A DNA stretch of 64,000 nucleotides from assembly GCA_903913885.1 (NCBI GenBank), contig CAIWMX010000040.1:2636-66635 (forward strand). The letters are read 5' to 3'. This document shows, piece after piece, positions 58,101-64,000 of this stretch. The notes under the pieces are model-generated. The model was given only the letters and a program-made list of their open reading frames with translations, made no database searches and had not been told where the DNA came from. Positions within the stretch are counted from its first letter, which is position 1. Each line of letters starts with the position of its first letter. This stretch comes from an uncultured Bacteroidales bacterium (GTDB lineage: Bacteria > Bacteroidota > Bacteroidia > Bacteroidales > FEN-979). The translations under genes and the position numbers were made by a program.

Positions 58101-58816
58101 CAGTTGTTTGGCTGCGGTTGTGCTGTGTTGGTAAAGGTGGCGACCGGTTTGAACAGGTCGGGGTTTACATAAACGTAATCGGTGATCATGTCAGACTGAC
58201 CGGCTGAATTGGTAACTGTGAGCACGACAGTATAAGTAACGCCTGCTGTGGTCGGGAAGGTATGTTGTAAAACGCCGTAGGCGACTCCAATTCCGGTTAC
58301 AACAGGTGATCCGTCGCCGAAATTCCAGCTATAGGTAACAGAAGGATCGGCAGAAACGGAAACATTTCCCGTGAAATTCACAATATTGTAATAGCAACCG
58401 CCAGTGGGGTCAAATTCATAATAAAAATAGGCATGGAGCAACGGCTGTACCGTTATGGTTTTCGAAGTCACTTTGCCCACGCATCCCGTAAACGTCGGAT
58501 CGTTGTTCCATTCAGTAAGTTGAATGGTATAGGTCCCTACGGAGAGCCATTTAACCTGGAGCTGGTTTTGGTTGGTGGCGCCAACAATGGTTCTTCCGGC
58601 CACGGGAGTCACAACCCATTGATACGAATGGGTCGGGGTTCCGGTGGTGGCCGGCGTTGAATAAACGTAATTGACCAGGGAGGCATTCTGATCGCAGGCA
58701 ATGTCAGCGCCCGTAATGGTTGGCTGTGTGTCCGGACAGTCCTGTGCCCATAACATGGGTGTTGCTGCAACAAGCAAGAAGGACAGGAGAATGCAGCGGA
58801 ATAATCGATGGAACAT
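49118..58816 (-). CDS. giant PKD-repeat cell-surface protein with type-B T9SS (gliding-motility-associated) C-terminal domain
   Basis: 3232-aa ORF with a signal peptide and roughly three dozen PKD-like modules carrying W.FGDG / NP.H.F motifs. C-terminus FVPNAFAP...VTVFDNWGHLMWES...WDGTFEGNLMPQGNYMW...GTVTLIR. Confidence 0.9.
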   Translation of the reverse strand: MFHRLFRCILLSFLLVAATPMLWAQDCPDTQPTITGADIACDQNASLVNYVYSTPATTGTPTHSYQWVVTPVAGRTIVGATNQNQLQVKWLSVGTYTIQLTEWNNDPTFTGCVGKVTSKTITVQPLLHAYFYYEFDPTGGCYYNIVNFTGNVSVSADPSVTYSWNFGDGSPVVTGIGVAYGVLQHTFPTTAGVTYTVVLTVTNSAGQSDMITDYVYVNPDLFKPVATFTNTAQPQPNNCLYNPIAFDASASLPKPVTNPDPNIHIRYYEWDFDDPSSGSSNIVNTGTVPTVSHVFSTFGVHHVKVTVVNTPYCTSTFTKDITIDNTVPSASFTNTVACIGSPSFFTNTSVTPVGTITQLEWIYGDGTSYVSTNPAELISHQYLALGTYSAKLRVTNSNNCVSEYFIKPVSVNPGPMASFLVGNACLGEAVAFTNTSTLNGGTQITNFLWNFGDPLSGSNSSPDPNPTHMFSALGSYSVSLAVTNTDGCINTYTISPPLVVNPKPVVDFTYQNGTQNWEILFNETIISGNVGNNLVWDYGDGTHGYGVNPSHVYQGPGNFQVTLTATDYVNGCSNSIQKQIIILGTQSAFFTTDSPKCVADTMHFTPQVPGGNIVKEVWDFGDGVVVTYLPPLAFPIFATHPYTAAGTYTVTRTVTYITNFFESFSIQVVVYPLPTANFTFSNNAAFPNTYACADQAVFFTDLSFSTSGNIIDWFWDFKDPGSGINQTSVLQNPSHVFTNSNTHYHVLLRVTDNVNNCTDTLSKDVWIHAPVPVDYTMTQNSCLDQVVNFNANLVVMTPANIATWDWDFGDATAHSGNPISAAHLYGAAGTYTSRLTVTDLNGCTNSITKTVNIMPQPVPGFSFASPTCDGLPVQFTDQSYVPAGFPGYDSTWVWTWGDGTSTTIHLPASANVTHIFPTGVYSFPVRLTVTSNYGCKDSIVHVVNLIPSPTAAFEVLPGTATCATQVVQFHDLSQTNGGGNIVGWLWDFRDPGSGLNNTSTSPSPSHTFALDGTYNVILKVTNANGCYSYDTIPIVINKLPVADFTATTTCAGSSTQFTDNSTANAAAITSYSWTFGDGGTSTLQSPLHTYATYGIYNVTLNIINLNGCMSTVTKQVTVHPNPVAQFTFSPSGCIGNPVTFTDMSFIPAGFSGYVNKWVWDFGDGSARQTINFPTSPDVTYTFAGTATSHVVKLIVTTTTGCTDSITKTVNSIPSPIANFSYSNTTCLGQIVAFTDLSQTNGGGSIQTWNWNFGDPLSGANNTSTLQNPNHSFTAAGTFTVVLNIMSTNGCTRADTVQVTINSLPVANFTNTTACENNSTVFTDASTANAPSIISYDWNFGDGGTSNLQSPVHTYASYGTYTVTLTIVNSNGCIHSISKQVVVYPKPVPDFTYSPASCIGNPVTFTNQSFVPSGFSSYINQWVWDFGDGTALVTVNFPGNPNMTHTFAGTAISHIVKLKVTTTNGCVDSISKTVTSIPSPIANFTYSTTTCLGQLVNFTDLSQTNGGGSIQNWAWSFSDPVSGASNNSTLQNPSHAFTSAGSFLVTLTITSSNGCVNTYSTTVVINALPAANFTNTAACAGTATIFTNTSTTPGGTSIVSDSWDFGDGQSSNLQSPTHTYGSFGTYSVTLTVVNSNGCIHTITKLVLVNPLPVPDFTYSPASCVGNPVNFYNQSFVPTGFSSYIDQWIWDFSDGSALVTINFPGNPNITHTFAGTAVSHAVKLKVRTTNGCIDSITKTVTSIPSPIANFSYSNTTCIGQSVLFTDLSQTNGGGIIQTWAWNFSDPLSGASNNSTLQNPSHSFTTVGSFVVTLTITSSNGCVNTYSTTVTVNALPTANFTFSSACEGSPTTFTDGSSTPGATTIVSYAWNFGDGGTSTAQSPQHNYATYGNFSVTLTVTNSNGCIHTVTKQVLVNPKPISDFSFSPASCVGTPVNFYNQAYVPTGYSASIQTWVWDFGDGQNATITFPANPSVTHTFVGNSTSHTVTLTVTTTTGCIGVVSKVVTSVPRPIVNFSYSSTLCDNQPVQFTDLSQTNGGGSIQTWNWNFGDAASGMNNTATVQNPIHQFSAASPPSYAVRLIVTNGNGCKDTLIQTIAINARPTSNFKADTVCQGSMTTFTDQSSASAVAHLWDFGDGITSTGISPTHLYATANTYTVKLTVTTALGCMKDTTKQVLVLGKPVSSFSFSSPNCAGDSVQFNDLSTTPHGYIKKWEWDFGDGTPVITVNFPASQNVRHKFTNGGNYSVKLTITTSDNCTNEKVNLVQVGFHPIANFSTGPTPCAGISLQFTDLSQTNGGPAITIWHWNFGDPASGVNNTSTTQNPTHAFTVGGPFIVRLVVTNANGCLDSIVGGKTITVNPAPAAIFSADTACMASPTQFTDASTTASGTIVSWDWDFGDPSSGANNTSTLPNPTHIYNTQGTYNVKLTVTNSHQCTKDTTLQINVNPKPTAMFQYDPACINAGTQFTDLSTVPGSSIQSWLWDFGDGTPPATIKNPIHVFTTSGTFQVKLTVKNLFNCSDSVTIPVISRPKPVSAFSYLSFNCPKGKVDFQDQSTATGSAITTREWIFTPGYTSNIQNPSFTFPVTDTTYLVTLIVTDTYGCIDTIVDSVHVKPGFRFTFTHDTVCQGYPTHFYPVNKALGDSLYSVSWNFGDPASGPNNKSYLYRPSHIFTGPGIYAVRMKAYNSDNCADSVYQEIQVYAAPKPLYRFVSTPCDSSVHVFDSTQYSGSGSIASWLWNWGDGTSTTILAPGPGDTAHLYVTPGVYPVQLVITNTHGCIDSITRSVRRFACIQAVYTNKDTLCARYKIAFADSSLPVSKITQWHWTWGDGKDTTYSKHKTPIYHTFSDTGTYHVNLAIQALIDGATIVDSMSTSVKIHPTPKTYFSNVPTCLKQISLFRDTSKTWGEKNITWNWTFSPKANDTALRKNPSHMFDTAGIYNVKLVVMNKYGCKDSLTKPTRVFGLPAAHFENTTACKGDPTFFTDKSLVSDTTIAKWRWFFGDPTTLRDSATIKDPSYKYDTTGLWTVRMIVKDHYGCIDTVDSAVRVNITPVSSFTIVNGYDGKQGQVKLNNLTGGTNTYNWEFGNGKASTETNPVATFTEDGSYVIKLISHNEFDCTDTTFYEYKLLFKGLFVPNAFAPASTSLGIRLFQPIGVNLKQYHVTVFDNWGHLMWESTKLDDKGVPTEGWDGTFEGNLMPQGNYMWRINALFVDESPWNGSDNGGANSGKTMGTVTLIR
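51400..56300. repeat. tandem approx 790-bp (three-PKD-module) super-repeat, approx 6 copies, inside the giant gene
   Basis: The segment encoding DLSQTNGG recurs at about 51944, 52721, 53510, 54306, 55100 and 55892, a spacing of 777-796 bp. The protein copies are colinear over about 260 aa. Confidence 0.8.
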
Positions 58817-59056
58817 AAGTTTGGAATTTGTAGACGGTTACGCTCTGTTGTTTTATACTCAAATGTACGACAAAAGTTTCACTCAAAAGGTTGCCTGTAA
58901 GGTCAAAATCCTGTGGATATAATTTCTACAGAATCTCTGAATCAACAAAATTAACAAATTATTAATAAATATCGACATCAACAGACAACCCTAACACAAA
59001 TATTTTTGTCAGAATATAAAAGAGTTGAAATAATTTTGTTTTTGCTTGAATCCTTG

Positions 59057-59064
59057 TATTTTTG
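59057..59064 (+). promoter_or_regulatory. Bacteroidetes-type -7 box
   Basis: tatttttg lies 21 nt upstream of the ATG at 59085. Confidence 0.4.
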
Positions 59065-59084
59065 CACTTACCAATCCAAATCTC

Positions 59085-59402
59085 ATGAAAAAGTTAGCCA
59101 TTGCCCTCTCAGTCCTCGTTGTAGCCTCATTTTCAATCCTTTCGGGTTGTGTGAAAAAAACGACAGAAGATCCCTGCAGCGGGAAAGGTGTTTTAAATGT
59201 CGAAAATAAACTTGATTCCGCAATATCGGTTAAAGTTGTGCAGACCCACAACACCATGACCGTTGAGAAGAACTACACGCTCCCTTTTTTATTAGCTGGA
59301 AATCAACCTTATAAATTAACAATCGATGGTCCCCAATACCATCTGGATACCACTTTCATGGTTCTTTTCTGCGATAATAAATTGTTTGTGGTTACAAAGT
59401 AA
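59085..59402 (+). CDS. small hypothetical lipoprotein
   Basis: MKKLAIALSVLVVASFSILSGC lipobox, 105 aa. The internal ATG is preferred over the ORF-track start 59046. Confidence 0.55.
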   Translation: MKKLAIALSVLVVASFSILSGCVKKTTEDPCSGKGVLNVENKLDSAISVKVVQTHNTMTVEKNYTLPFLLAGNQPYKLTIDGPQYHLDTTFMVLFCDNKLFVVTK

Positions 59403-59407
59403 GCCGC

Positions 59408-60979
59408 TTATTTTTCAAAACTGAGTTTGCTGAAATAAAACACAAGACGCTTGTTATTTGAGGGAATTACAATATTTTTTATTTCCTGGTAACCATACGT
59501 GATAAAATAGTTTCCATACCAGGGAACTATTTTGCTTTTTGTCTCGGAAATAATTTTATCATCCGGGTATAAAAGATCGATGGGGGCAAAATCGGGTTTT
59601 TCCACCACGGTATTTTCATGAATGATCTTGGTTCCGGCCATTCCATCGGTGATATAACAAAGTGCAAGATCATCTCCGGCCGGGAATACAACGACTTTCT
59701 GCGACAGGTCCATTGAAACGACGTTCCTTATCTCGAACGTGTTGTCCCACAGCAATTTCCCGTCTTTGTCGAACCCTGTAACGAGGGTATTGAAAAACCG
59801 GTATCCGTCAAAAACTGAGAAACTGTTCGTATATGGCCGGCCGTAATAGTCAAAATCGGTAAAACTTTCGGTATGATACTGGGGGGCATAAATTTCAGCC
59901 GCTAAAATATACTGGTCATGCCAAGTGAAAACATCATGCAACAGGAGCGAAAAATCAACCGAATATTCATCAAGCGGCTTGTTTTTCTTCAGTGCTTTCT
60001 TTTTGAGGCTGATCATATCATGTTCATTCAGCAATGCGGTCGCACTGCCCATTTCAAGAAAGTTATAATAGGTAACTGATTGCTGAACCCCGTTCCTGAT
60101 AAGGCTTGCGAAGAACCCGGCAGATTCATCCGTCACTTTGTTCTTTTGTCCGGGTGTTGTTACCTCCTGTCCGTAGCTTCCCAGGATAAGTTCCGACCCT
60201 GATTGTCCTGTTAAGTATTTCACATGGGTCAGGTTGTGGTTAATATCCTGGGTACCGACCGGCACTTCGCGTTTTATTGCCCCAATCGTATCGTAACGGA
60301 CAAGATAATGCTCGAGTAATTTTTTTGAAATCTGGCGGCTCACGACCGTTAAAACCGTATGAGAGGCTGAATCGGGTTGCATCCACCTGACCGAGATCTG
60401 GTTTCCCTGTCCAAGGGGGTAAGTACGTACAACGCCTGAAACCAGTTTCATATTAAGCAGTTTCCCTGCCTGGCCTTTGACGTTAAAGGCCAGCCAGCCC
60501 ATGCCCTCCCTGATTCCAAAACCGACCACCTCGGCATCCGCCTGGATTTTAGCGAAGTTGAGAATCATGGTGCCTTTACTGAAGCCGATGCGAAGAATTT
60601 CAAAGTCATTTTCGGTCCCCCGTGATTTTCCCGTATGTACAAAAAGCAAGGCAAGGGTATCGGCCGTAAACTGATGGAACCTGAAATCAAGTTCATTTAG
60701 AACGGGAACACTCTTAACCCATACCAACTGCAGGTTTGTATCGTAGAGGGAAAAGTACCATTTTACCCTTGCGTCATCGGCCATTTCCTGGCTCCTGAAA
60801 AAGACTATCATTCCCCTTGCGCCGCAGGGAATGATCCGGTACGTTTCATTGACCGACCGGGCAGGGATTTCAATTCGTAGCGGTTTATCGCTGATTTCTT
60901 TACCGGTGGTTCCCTGCGCCATTAATGAAAATGCAGGCAGCCCTGACAGGATTAACAGCATATACAGGATTCGTCGCAT
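59408..60979 (-). CDS. hypothetical secreted protein
   Basis: Long ORF with signal peptide MRRILYMLLILSGLPAFSLMAQ. No motif recognised. Start placed at the internal ATG by ORF-track arithmetic (the track start at 61003 is non-ATG). Confidence 0.55.
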   Translation of the reverse strand: MRRILYMLLILSGLPAFSLMAQGTTGKEISDKPLRIEIPARSVNETYRIIPCGARGMIVFFRSQEMADDARVKWYFSLYDTNLQLVWVKSVPVLNELDFRFHQFTADTLALLFVHTGKSRGTENDFEILRIGFSKGTMILNFAKIQADAEVVGFGIREGMGWLAFNVKGQAGKLLNMKLVSGVVRTYPLGQGNQISVRWMQPDSASHTVLTVVSRQISKKLLEHYLVRYDTIGAIKREVPVGTQDINHNLTHVKYLTGQSGSELILGSYGQEVTTPGQKNKVTDESAGFFASLIRNGVQQSVTYYNFLEMGSATALLNEHDMISLKKKALKKNKPLDEYSVDFSLLLHDVFTWHDQYILAAEIYAPQYHTESFTDFDYYGRPYTNSFSVFDGYRFFNTLVTGFDKDGKLLWDNTFEIRNVVSMDLSQKVVVFPAGDDLALCYITDGMAGTKIIHENTVVEKPDFAPIDLLYPDDKIISETKSKIVPWYGNYFITYGYQEIKNIVIPSNNKRLVFYFSKLSFEK

Positions 60980-61010
60980 GGCAGCATTACTTGAGTGGGA
61001 CAAAAGTAGT

Positions 61011-61045
61011 TAAAAAAAAAGGTTGCCCGCAAGAGGCAACCTTTT
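61011..61045 (-). terminator. rho-independent terminator downstream of the 61064-62674 gene
   Basis: Stem ggttgcc / ggcaacc with a 7-nt loop. The plus-strand A-run at about 61011-61020 gives a T-run on the minus strand. Confidence 0.6.
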
Positions 61046-61063
61046 CTTTGACAAGGCAACAAT

Positions 61064-62674
61064 TTACTGAACGATCAGTTTCTTTACCTCGGTTGTTTTA
61101 GTAGCAGGCGAATAAACCTGTACAAAATAAATCCCAGCCGGCATTGAGCTGATATTCATCGAATAGCGTTGCAGGTCTGTAGAAGTCTCCAGGACAACGG
61201 CGCCAAGCATCGAAAGTACTTTTACTTCCTTACGATTGTTATCGCTGAATATGAGCGAGCATTTCCCGGAAGCGGGGTTGGGGCTCACCGAAAAGCTGTT
61301 TTCCCTGGCGGTATGATCATTCACACCCTGGATAAGGTCGCCTGTAATTACGATGTCATCCAGTTCCCAAGTTGATGCGGCAGTGGCATCGGAGGTATAT
61401 TTAAACCCGATATACACATGTGTACCGCTGGTACCGCTCACATTCACATTGCCTGAAGGTGCCCATACGAAATTCCCGGCTGACCATGCAGGAGCCAAAG
61501 CAGTCCATGTAAAATCACCCGGGTTTGTCACCCCGTCATAATCGTTTGAAATAAGGCATTCCAATGGCGCTCCTGTGTATTTGTAGGCTGAAACAAAGGA
61601 AAGGGCCTCATTGTTGTAGAGGTTGAAGTTCATGGCAGGAGAAATAAGCCAGTCTTCGTTTACATTGTTCGCACCGCCAGCATAACCACTCATGCTGGTA
61701 AACGGGTTGCCGGCTAAGTGGATGGAATCAATGCTCCAGACCTGTGCGCCAGTTACGTTTTTAACAATCCAGTTTGAAAATGTTTTGTTGGTAAAATGGA
61801 TGCTGTCGATAATCGTGGTCGGAGGTGTGGTAGCTGAAGCCGAGGGGGCTGTTCCATCGGTTTTGTAGTTGATGAGTGCACCGGAGTTGGTATAGGGAAA
61901 GATTTTAAAGTAGTATTTTTTATTCGAAGGCAGACTGCCAAAGGCAGCATGCTGAACGCCCTTAAGAATGTTAAGCGCACCATGCCCATCGGCAAGGTTT
62001 GGATCATCCGATACCGGGGTTCCGTCGACAGGGGCCGTAATGTTGTTCTGATCGCTGGCCAGGATGAGGTAGGCAATCGGCAGCTGAGCTCCTGTAGCAT
62101 CCGTCCAGGTAAGGGAGATATTGAATGGTGACGGAGTGGCTGTAAAGGCAGTGGGGTAATTGGTGGGTTCAGGTACAGGACCACCGCTATATGCTGTCCA
62201 GACCACGTTATCCACAGTTACCTGGCCCGAATTTAAACTGTCAGCCTGTTGTAAAAGAATCGTGAAGTCCCCGGGTGCATTAACAGTGATTGGACCTGAA
62301 TGGTTCAAGGCTCCCTGGGTTGTACTGACCACATTGCCAACAAGAAGGCCATTAACAAGAATATTCAGGTTAACGTGGGTTGTAAAAGGTTGTTTATAAT
62401 CGAACTGCAACGTACCGCACCCATTGTGCAACGTGCCTGTCAGTATCTTTGACATCGGATTTCTGGCCTTGCCCAGGGTGGGTGACGGGGCGGTTATAAC
62501 TGAATCGCCGCGGCATTGTTTGTAGGTCCATGTAGAGCCGTCCAATCCTAAAAAGGTACCGTCATGATAGGCATTTGCAGTTTCGGGATAATTGGTAAAA
62601 GGTTCGTTACCCTGCCCAAATGCCCATACACAAGCGGTCAGGAAAATTATCAGCGTTAGTAATTGTTTTTTCAT
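61064..62674 (-). CDS. T9SS type-A CTD secreted protein with choice-of-anchor-J-like and Fn3-like regions
   Basis: Signal peptide, NEDWLISPAMNF block, and C-terminus VSPNPASGKCSLIF...MPAGIYFVQV. Confidence 0.75.
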   Translation of the reverse strand: MKKQLLTLIIFLTACVWAFGQGNEPFTNYPETANAYHDGTFLGLDGSTWTYKQCRGDSVITAPSPTLGKARNPMSKILTGTLHNGCGTLQFDYKQPFTTHVNLNILVNGLLVGNVVSTTQGALNHSGPITVNAPGDFTILLQQADSLNSGQVTVDNVVWTAYSGGPVPEPTNYPTAFTATPSPFNISLTWTDATGAQLPIAYLILASDQNNITAPVDGTPVSDDPNLADGHGALNILKGVQHAAFGSLPSNKKYYFKIFPYTNSGALINYKTDGTAPSASATTPPTTIIDSIHFTNKTFSNWIVKNVTGAQVWSIDSIHLAGNPFTSMSGYAGGANNVNEDWLISPAMNFNLYNNEALSFVSAYKYTGAPLECLISNDYDGVTNPGDFTWTALAPAWSAGNFVWAPSGNVNVSGTSGTHVYIGFKYTSDATAASTWELDDIVITGDLIQGVNDHTARENSFSVSPNPASGKCSLIFSDNNRKEVKVLSMLGAVVLETSTDLQRYSMNISSMPAGIYFVQVYSPATKTTEVKKLIVQ

Positions 62675-62696
62675 CTTTGTTTGGATTAATAAATGA

Positions 62697-64000
62697 TTAT
62701 TGGTTGATTAGTTTTTGCGTATTTATAAGGCCTGATTTCTCATCTGTCACCTGGATAAAATAGAGCCCTTTTGAGAGATCAGGCAGATTCAGATTGAGGG
62801 TGTGCGCACTGCTTTTAGCGGAATACACGGTTGTTCCGGTGCCGGATAAAACTGCAATGTCATAGGAAGAGTTCCCCGCGAAGGTCAGTTTAAAGCACCC
62901 GGCTGTGGTTGGATTCGGGCTGACAGAAAAGTTGCTCTTCCCGTTCAGTCCGGCGATTCCGCTCGGACCCACCTGGATGAACAACGGTTTATACTTTTTA
63001 CTGGTACCGGCATTGTTGGTCACGGTCAGTGTTACATCATAACTGCCCAGCACATGGTAGGATACCGGGGGAGGATTTTGTCCGTTGAACGTATCAGGCA
63101 CCCCCCTTTCAAATTCCCAGAACCAGGTTGCGGCGTTGGAAGACGATGCATCTGTAAAGGTGACTGACTGCCCTATCACGATGGTTGAATCGCTTGCATG
63201 GAAGTTGGCTACAGGCATGTAGGAACATCCGGCCAGCGGTGATGCAAACAAAGAATCGCCAAGGGCTGTTTTAGACTGGTATTCAATGGCATGGCGCCAG
63301 TTGGATGCCAATGCATTGTTTGAATTCGGGTCGCAGAGTTCCAGTGACGGACCTTTGCCGTTTGCCAGGGTATCCCAGGGCAGGGTCGGTAAATAGTAGA
63401 CAGAATCGAGCACATACCCGTAAAGGTCTTTCAGTACGATGGCTTCTCCCTGGTTGGTAAGCGCCCCTCCTGCGTTCCATTGCAGGGAAGGAACATTGTA
63501 GGCATTGGTGATGTAAGCCGAACTTTTTGCCACCATTACATAACCCTGCGGGTTGAGCGTCATCGACGGGAAGGTAAAATCAACACCCTTGCTGAAATAA
63601 AAGCCCTGCATGTTCACCGGTTGGGCACCGTTGTTATACAATTCAATAAACTCGAGAGAATCGGTGCCAATAATCGGCGACCGGTAATTGATCTCGGTAA
63701 TGACGATGGGTGCATTAGTAGGCCCGGTAACATGAATATAGTTATTCTTGCAGGTTGTTGCTGTTCCCCACTGATTTGTAGCGGTCAGGCAAACGGTATA
63801 ATCGCCCGTGTAGTTATAGGTAATGCCGGTTGGGTTCATAAGGGTCGAAGTATTGGGGATGCCTCCGTTAAAAGACCATGCCCAGGTATCAGGGCAATAT
63901 TTGGTTGAGTCGAAGAAATTGATTGACTGCCCTATTGAAATATTCACACTGCTGGCAGAAAAATTGGGCAGCGGTGGCATAATTTCGCATAGTGTGCTGA
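62697..64000 (-). CDS. T9SS type-A CTD secreted protein with PKD modules and a lamin-tail-like domain (5' end outside the window)
   Basis: The frame stays open upstream of the first Met to the window edge. VITEINYRS...SLEFIELYNNG resembles LTD domains. Two PKD-like modules. C-terminus VSPNPTTAGCFKLTF...LSKGLYFIQV. Confidence 0.75.
   Translation of the reverse strand, partial: STLCEIMPPLPNFSASSVNISIGQSINFFDSTKYCPDTWAWSFNGGIPNTSTLMNPTGITYNYTGDYTVCLTATNQWGTATTCKNNYIHVTGPTNAPIVITEINYRSPIIGTDSLEFIELYNNGAQPVNMQGFYFSKGVDFTFPSMTLNPQGYVMVAKSSAYITNAYNVPSLQWNAGGALTNQGEAIVLKDLYGYVLDSVYYLPTLPWDTLANGKGPSLELCDPNSNNALASNWRHAIEYQSKTALGDSLFASPLAGCSYMPVANFHASDSTIVIGQSVTFTDASSSNAATWFWEFERGVPDTFNGQNPPPVSYHVLGSYDVTLTVTNNAGTSKKYKPLFIQVGPSGIAGLNGKSNFSVSPNPTTAGCFKLTFAGNSSYDIAVLSGTGTTVYSAKSSAHTLNLNLPDLSKGLYFIQVTDEKSGLINTQKLINQ

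Noticed and set aside
59006-59257. Small ORFs 59006-59209 (+) and 59009-59257 (-) upstream of or overlapping the lipoprotein gene
   Set aside because: They overlap the better-supported lipoprotein ORF (lipobox, -7 box at 59057) and have no features of their own.

Overview
This 64-kb chromosomal window looks like it comes from a Bacteroidota-type genome. The evidence is four T9SS type-A C-terminal sorting domains, a type-B CTD giant adhesin with a PorP/SprF partner, a FISUMP lipoprotein, TAnnTTTG -7 promoter boxes and a mitochondrial-type aconitase. Most genes are housekeeping or envelope genes: two tandem long-chain acyl-CoA ligases, a small glycan cluster (epimerase, 2x GT4, wecB, SGNH hydrolase), purL, trxB, tRNA-Pro(GGG), nfo, an SDR/sulfotransferase/DUF1214-like cluster, gltA-aconitase and icd, and several secreted T9SS cargo proteins including a 3232-aa PKD-repeat protein. 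The clearest accessory segment is a ~7.7-kb low-GC islet directly 3' of tRNA-Pro (approx 15.95-23.6 kb). It carries a truncated EEP gene, a PLD-family nuclease, McrBC with an unusually long multi-module McrB N-terminus, and two HNH_2 endonucleases. It has no methyltransferase and no integrase. Other unusual signals are listed below. (1) At least a dozen arrays of 7-9-bp (and one 18-bp) tandem repeats, several of them in frame inside purL and inside a sulfotransferase gene. (2) Two families of hairpin/MITE-like interspersed repeats. (3) A 1531-aa AMP-ligase / unknown / GNAT fusion gene that splits the citrate synthase-aconitase-IDH genes. (4) A ~790-bp triple-PKD super-repeat amplified about 6 times inside the giant adhesin gene. 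No CRISPR array, rRNA, transposase or prophage was seen. All calls come from reading the sequence and the ORF translations; no database search was run.
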